Assembly (NCBI GenBank): GCA_010356995.1 | Contig: ML996709.1 | Coordinates: 200,606-264,605, forward strand | Source of the DNA: Trichodelitschia bisporula | Taxonomy: Eukaryota | DNA length: 64,000 nucleotides | Reading direction: 5' to 3' | In this document: positions 58,453 to 64,000 of the stretch, piece by piece | Layout of the letters: each line of letters starts with the position of its first letter | How positions within the stretch are numbered: position 1 is the stretch's first letter | The notes under the pieces: model-generated | Told to the model about the DNA's origin: nothing | Seen by the model: only the letters and a program-made list of their open reading frames with translations | The model's database searches: none | Program-made: the position numbers and the translations under genes

Positions 58453-59199
58453 ATGTCCCACCACGCCCGCATAGAAGAAGTCTCCGACTCCGACTCCGAC
58501 CCAGAAATAATGGACATCTCCGCCTTCACCCCCCCGCCCAGCAACAACAACCCAACCCTTCTCCCCCCCCAGGCCCTAAACCCCACCTCCCCCACCGCCG
58601 CGCCTGCCTTCGACACCTCCAAATCCAAAACATGGACCTGCCTCTACCCGCTCTACTTCGACAAGTCCCGCACCCGGGCCTCCGGCCGGCGCGTCTCCTC
58701 CGCCCTCGCAGTCTCGAACCCGCTAGCGCGCACCCTCGTCGACGCCGTCGCCGCTCTAGGACTCAACGTCGTCTTCGAGCCCGGCAAAACGCACCCTAAG
58801 GACTGGGCCAACCCCGGCCGCGTCCGCGTGCAACTCGTGCTTGAGAACGGAAAAAGGGGTGGAAGGGGGGACGTCAAGAACAAGCACCACTTGTACGTCA
58901 AGGTGGCGGCGTATCTGGGCGCGCACCCGACGACGCCTGAGGATCCTTTACGTTTACCGATTCGCGGGCTGCCGACGCCAGAGGGGCCGATTCCGCCGCC
59001 CGAAGTGCCGAGGGGGTGGAAGGTTAATAGTATCTTGCCGTTGCATAGTCCGGCGATGACGGGGGGCGGCGTGAGTGAGGACTTTTTGAAGGATGTTATG
59101 GCGGAGATGCAGGGGGGGTTGCCGGGGGGGGTGGGGGGTAGTGGGGGGGGCGGGCAGGTGGAGAAGAGGAAGGAGAAGAAGAAGAAGGGGAAGGCGTAG
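58453..59199 (+). CDS. SEC65: Signal recognition particle SRP19/Sec65 subunit
   Basis: ARIEEVSDSD, CLYPLYFD..R....GRRV....AVSNPLA, EPGKTHPKDWANPGRVRV and KNKHHLY. Confidence 0.95.
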   Translation: MSHHARIEEVSDSDSDPEIMDISAFTPPPSNNNPTLLPPQALNPTSPTAAPAFDTSKSKTWTCLYPLYFDKSRTRASGRRVSSALAVSNPLARTLVDAVAALGLNVVFEPGKTHPKDWANPGRVRVQLVLENGKRGGRGDVKNKHHLYVKVAAYLGAHPTTPEDPLRLPIRGLPTPEGPIPPPEVPRGWKVNSILPLHSPAMTGGGVSEDFLKDVMAEMQGGLPGGVGGSGGGGQVEKRKEKKKKGKA

Positions 59200-59550
59200 A
59201 CGTGGGTGGAGACAATGAATACTCCTTGTGCTCTGTGTGTTGCAATGATGCATTGCTGATCTGTTTATGTACACGCTTGCGAACCCGGACCACGCCGACT
59301 ACCCAACTGACAGAACCGGCCACTGGTTGATGGCGCTCCGTAGCGGCGAACCGCTGCCATCATCGTCACTCCAACCTCACTCTACCGCCATCGCCGCATT
59401 CATCACTAATAATAAAGCTAACCCACGGGGCTTCCATCCCGGGGTGCCACCCGTAACGACAGACTCCGCTCGCTAGACCCACTCCTCATCGTCATCCGAC
59501 GACTCAGAAGGGACCTCAAGCACAGCCGTCGAAGCAGGCGGCCCGCTTTC

Positions 59551-60968
59551 CTAGCTCTGCTCCGCCAAACCCAGACGCGCTTGTTTCCCAGGCGCCGCCT
59601 CAAAAATCGCCATCACGCCCTTGAGAAAGATATCCCCATAAATGTTAATCTTCATGTTCGGCAGGTTCTGCAATCCGCCATAGCACATCAGCCCGTCGGG
59701 GCCGGCTTGTCGCTGGAACGGGTTGTTTTTGCGCTTCGTCGGGTCGCCGCTGAATTTTAGCTTTTGGTAGTTCATGTTTATGCCGGGGATAGTGACTTTG
59801 CGGTCTGGCTCGGGTGTTAGCATTGGGGTTTTTTGTTTGGGGGGGGGGGGGGGGGGGGGAGAAGACGTACTCCCGAACCAAGTCGTGATGTCAGGTGGAT
59901 TTGCGATGCCCGGCCCACAGGGGAAAATGTACGCGTGTATGGCATCCAGGTACGTCGCGCCCTTGACCTGGCTCCAGTAGCGATCCACAAACTCCTTCGG
60001 CATGATCCACAAGCTCGTCCCCGTGTCTATGATGCCGGGATACTTGTTGTTATTCACGGGTCCATTCGCAAAGGAAAACCCACTGGGCGCCACATCCCAG
60101 AACCCACGCGTGCCCGCTACGTTCTGCCAGATCACCTCCCCCTTGATCTTCTTCTGATCAATATATCCGAAGTCATAACTCCCTTCCGCGCCGCGCTTCA
60201 GTGTGCACGTGAACAGCGGCGCCGCGAGTTGGGGCTTCACGTTGTCGAACCATGTCTTTTGCGGGACGGGCTTGATGCTGTTGAGCTTGCTGAAGCCGAG
60301 GCCTAGGAGTCCGTCGTTGTGCTTGTCCTTGGTGAAGGAGGCGGTGACGTCGCGTGCTGCGCCCACGGCTTGGTTTTTCACACTCAGCCCGCCGATGGTC
60401 ACGGTGTCGAGATACACGACCCCCGTGGCTTGGCTGTCGTCCCCGTAGCGGATGCGCCAGGAGTGCTGCTCGAGGAGTTTCGCGTTCGAACCGACAGGAT
60501 CATACACGTCGTGGCGGTTCGTGCGCTGGACGCTGGATTGGAGCATGGAGAAGACCCACCTGCCGCACACATTAGCCCATCCCTTCCCCCCCCCCCCCCT
60601 TTTCACCCTACTCACAGATCACTACTCCCCGTATCCAAATCCAAACTAAGCACATGATTCCCCACCGTCGCATTAATCAAAAACTCCACATCCGCATCAA
60701 TCGGATACGCCACCACCGTCCCCTGCCCTGGATCCGCCTCTACCCCGCCCGCCACCCTGCTCACCGCTGCGTTCAATTCCGCCGGCGGCTCGATCCCGTA
60801 CTTGTAGTACACGCGCTGCATGAGCGCGGGGCCCCACATGTCGCGTGGGCGGGGGCGGGCGTATTGCTGCAGGGAGAAGGATTTTGCATTGGGGGCTGCG
60901 AGATCGGGGGATGCGGCGGGCGCGGCGAGGGCAAGCCCTGCGAAGAGGGCGACCGATGTGAAATGCAT
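59551..60968 (-). CDS. Secreted A1 aspartic endopeptidase (aspergillopepsin/endothiapepsin-like)
   Basis: Signal and propeptide, LDLDTGSSDL/WVFS, WRIRYGDDS, DGLLGLGF, IIDTGTSL and IYGDIFLK; introns near 60612-60560 and 59868-59806. Confidence 0.93.
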
Positions 60969-61923
60969 GGCGAAGACGGGGGCCAGTGAGTGAGGCCTAA
61001 GGAACGAGGCCGATGGGGCAGCGCCGCGCGGGGCACGGCGGCGAGGCTTTATATCATCCACGGAGCGCAGCACTACCTCCAATCACCCATAGTGTCAAAA
61101 GCCCGTCGCCGCGCCCGTGGCGAGTCCCCAGACGAACATGCCGCGCGATAGAGATAGAGTGTTAGGGTTAGCCAGATTGCGATTACGGCGGCGGGGAGGG
61201 ACTAAACGGGCTGTCTCTCGGCGGCACTCCAACCCCCGGGGTAGTGGCGATAGCAGCGGGGAGGTCATAGCCTGCGCATATCGTGCTTTACTGAGATAGA
61301 GAAGTACTGCTTGGGGGGTTCGAAGCGCTGGACCTGGTGCGCGGAGAGAGGGGGTGGTTGCTTTCGGAGATATTAGCCTCGCAGCCTTATCCCAGGTTGC
61401 GCACGGGGCACGAGGTGGACTGTCGGGTGTTTAGCTTTGCATTTGGTATTGCGTTTGGCATATGTAGTGGGTATCTGGGGGTGGCGCGCGGGGGTTCGAA
61501 ACAGTACATTCATATAACCCTCGTTTCGCCGCAGCCCTGCCTCGGCCCTAGCGTCACGGGATGGGGATATACGCATAAGCAGTGTCCCAAAGAAGAAAGT
61601 CGCGTCAGCGAGCCTGCGAGCGCGCCAGTAGTAACTAGATGGGATACTGACGGGTGCGCAGCTATCCGATACAATATTGCGCAATGGGGGCCAGCGGACG
61701 CGGGGACACTTCCGCACCTGTCCGTATCCGCACCTTCATGACCAACGCGCGTTATTGCCAAATCCATCCCCCCTCCCCTCAAGGCACTATCGCCCGCGCG
61801 GCGCGCCCAGAACCGGCACGCGAAACGCAGCGGGATACCAGCGCAATCCAACCCCCGTCCCGCTCACGTCTCGCCCCAGGCCCACGCCATCGCTCGGATG
61901 TCGGCACCGCCCCGATTGCCTCT

Positions 61924-64000
61924 TTACGCCGCCGCGCCCTTACCCTGGACATCCGCTTGCAGCCGCTTAAGCGCATCCTCATACCTCGCCGCCGCCCCAG
62001 CCACACCTCCCAAATCAACCCTTACGCGCCTCACCCCCTCCCTGCGCCTCACCCCCCCCCCCGCAACCGCCTTCCAAAACCACCTCCCCTCCTTATGCGC
62101 ATACAGCGTCCACGCTTTCCCCGCCGTTCCCGCCCGCGCCGTGCGCCCCACGCGGTGCACATACCCCGTGAGGCTGCGGGGCATGTCGTAGTTGATGACG
62201 TGGGCGAGGCCGGGGAGATCGAGGCCCCGGGAGGCGCGGTCGGAGGCGATTAGGATGCGGAGGCGGCCGGTGCGGAAGGCGGAGAGGGTGCGCCGGGTTG
62301 TGGAGGTTGAGGCGGATTTGGTTAGGGTGCCGATGAGGGGGGTGTAGGGGGGGTGGAGGGTGGTGAGGAGGTGGGAGAGGCGGGAGGCGTTTTCAGCGTC
62401 GTTGGTGAAGATTAGGACGGTGGGGCGAGGGGAGGTGGTGGCGGATGACGAGGTGGGGGCGATGGGCGGGGAAACGGGTAAGCAGGAGGCATCTGAGTCT
62501 ATGGATGTGGCGTCTGAATCCGAGTCGGACGATGCTGGGCTAGAGCTGGAATCAGAGTCTGAGTCTGAGTCTGAGTCTGAGTCCGAGTCCGAATCCGAGT
62601 CTGAGTCCGAGCCTGAGTCCGATTCCGAGTCTGAGCTCGAGATATCCGAATCGGTATTAGCCACGGTTTTCCGGCTCGGCTGGGCATCCCCTCCCGCATA
62701 ATCATCCGTATCCCCAAAAATATCCAGCAGCAGCCGCAGCAGGTACAGCGGCTTGTCAGAACCCTCGCCAACCGGGATTGCGCTCTCCTCAAGATTGGAG
62801 GGCAACTCAATGGTCTCGGCAGCGCTCGGCGTCTCGGCGTTGCCCGGCCCAGCCTCACCCACGACATCGACCAAGACAGGCAGTCGCAGATTCAGCGCCG
62901 CCAACGCGCGCAGGTCCCGCGTCATTGTGGCGCTGAGCACAACCTTCCTAACATACGGCGGCTGGACCACGCGCTTGGCCTCCGTGAGCAGCGATTCCAG
63001 CGCTGTGGGCTTGCCCGGCGCGTTGATTGCACCTAGAATGGTGCTGACCCACTGCTGGAAGCTCTCGTCCAGCAACCGATCCGCCTCATCGATGACGAGC
63101 CACTCGACGTGTCTTAGGGAGAACCCCGGCGTTGTGCGGATGTGGTCGACCAGGCGTCCGGGCGTCGTGATCAGGATGTCGACCTCAGAGGTATACTCCG
63201 GCACGTGATTTGGGAGCAGGTTGGCCAGGCGCCGCGCCGCGCTGCCGTCTTCGTCTTCGTCGTAGCCGAGGAGCGCTGCTTGCTTGGCCTCCTCGTGCAT
63301 AGCCGCCGCGGCTGCGAGATCGTAGCGCTGGCCGACATGGACGAGGCGCTCGCGTTCCGTATGGAGAGCGACGTTGCCAACGGCGGTGCCGACCTTGACG
63401 CCTGTGCCTGCGATGCACAATTCGGCGGTTTCCCGCACCTGTGCGACAAGCTCGCGGGTCGGTACGACGATGATGCCGCGCAGCCGTGTCACCAGTTTTT
63501 GCTTGAACTGTTCGACCATTGGTAGGACGTAGGCTAGCGTTTTGCCTGAGCCTGTAGCCGCCGAGACGCAGACGTCGCCGTAGTACTGGAGGGGCCCGGG
63601 GAGCAGGAGCGGGAGCACCTTGGATTGTACGGCGAAGGCTTCGCGGTACCCGCGGGCTTGCAGGTTTTCGACGAGCTTGGCGCTTAGGTTGAGGTTGGAG
63701 AAAGGGACGCGCGTGGAGGACAGCTCGGTGAGTGGCTTCTGCAGCCATTCGGGGAGGACGGAAAAGGCGGGCACGGGAGGGAGCTTTGGCGCGGGTGCAG
63801 GTTGAGGAATGGGCTCCAGGCCTGCGGGTGAGTTAGTGTAAGCAAATGAGAAGTCAATGAGTCGTACCATGAAGCTCCACCGGTTCAGGCTCTTCCTCCT
63901 GCTCGACTTCGCCCGATTCGCGCGCCTGTTCGGCGATTTTGGCAGACTTTTGGAACTTGGCCAGGACGGCCTTGTGCTTGGACGTTTCTACATTCTCCGT
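61924..64000 (-). CDS. DBP6: DEAD-box RNA helicase Dbp6 (5' part outside the window)
   Basis: FAVQ Q-motif, DVCVSAATGSGKTLAY, VPTRELV, TPGRLVDH, DEADRLL, SAT, ASRGLD and HRVGRTARAG; intron near 63867-63822. Confidence 0.9.
62548..62635. repeat. Hexanucleotide (GAGTCY)n coding repeat giving a Ser-Asp tract in Dbp6
   Basis: gagtctgagtctgagtct... read directly. Confidence 0.85.

Noticed and set aside
6464..59199. SEC63, SEC65 and a Usa1-like gene as an ER-translocation cluster
   Set aside because: They are separated by tens of kb of unrelated genes; there is no evidence beyond coincidence.
1..64000. CRISPR arrays, rRNA or prokaryotic operon-like systems
   Set aside because: The sequence is eukaryotic with spliceosomal introns; no repeat-spacer array or rRNA was seen.

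Overview
Filamentous ascomycete genomic DNA: GC-rich, short GT-AG introns with CTRAC branch sites, intron-containing tRNAs. There are four zones. (1) 1-5.6 kb is a graveyard of degraded NB-ARC/NLR, Ty1/copia, Ty3/gypsy and piggyBac-like fragments. (2) 6.4-26.8 kb holds core genes: SEC63, a tandem-BTB protein, a secreted DPP-IV flanked by two tRNA-Pro genes, a DUF2347/DENN-like gene, UTP10 and an NRDE-2-like gene. (3) 27.3-48.5 kb is a ~21-kb accessory island with no recognisable housekeeping gene. It contains a tandem/inverted array of about 13 highly diverged small orphan paralogs, some intact and some pseudogenised. Nearly all share one short conserved peptide, (E)IPLPPS-x-Y followed by a Ser/Tyr-rich tail. 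They also share upstream cis-elements and, in one subfamily, a 5'-UTR intron. Two paralogs are interrupted by solo LTRs of one family, each with its own 5-bp target-site duplication (TSD). (4) 48.7-64 kb holds core and secreted genes: a Ubl-domain membrane protein, PSD1, an SDR, cerato-platanin, two divergent AA9 LPMOs, SEC65/SRP19, an A1 aspartic protease and DBP6 (partial). The IPLPPSxY array is the best candidate for an undescribed system; its function is unknown and the proposed roles are inference. All alignments and intron calls were made by eye.
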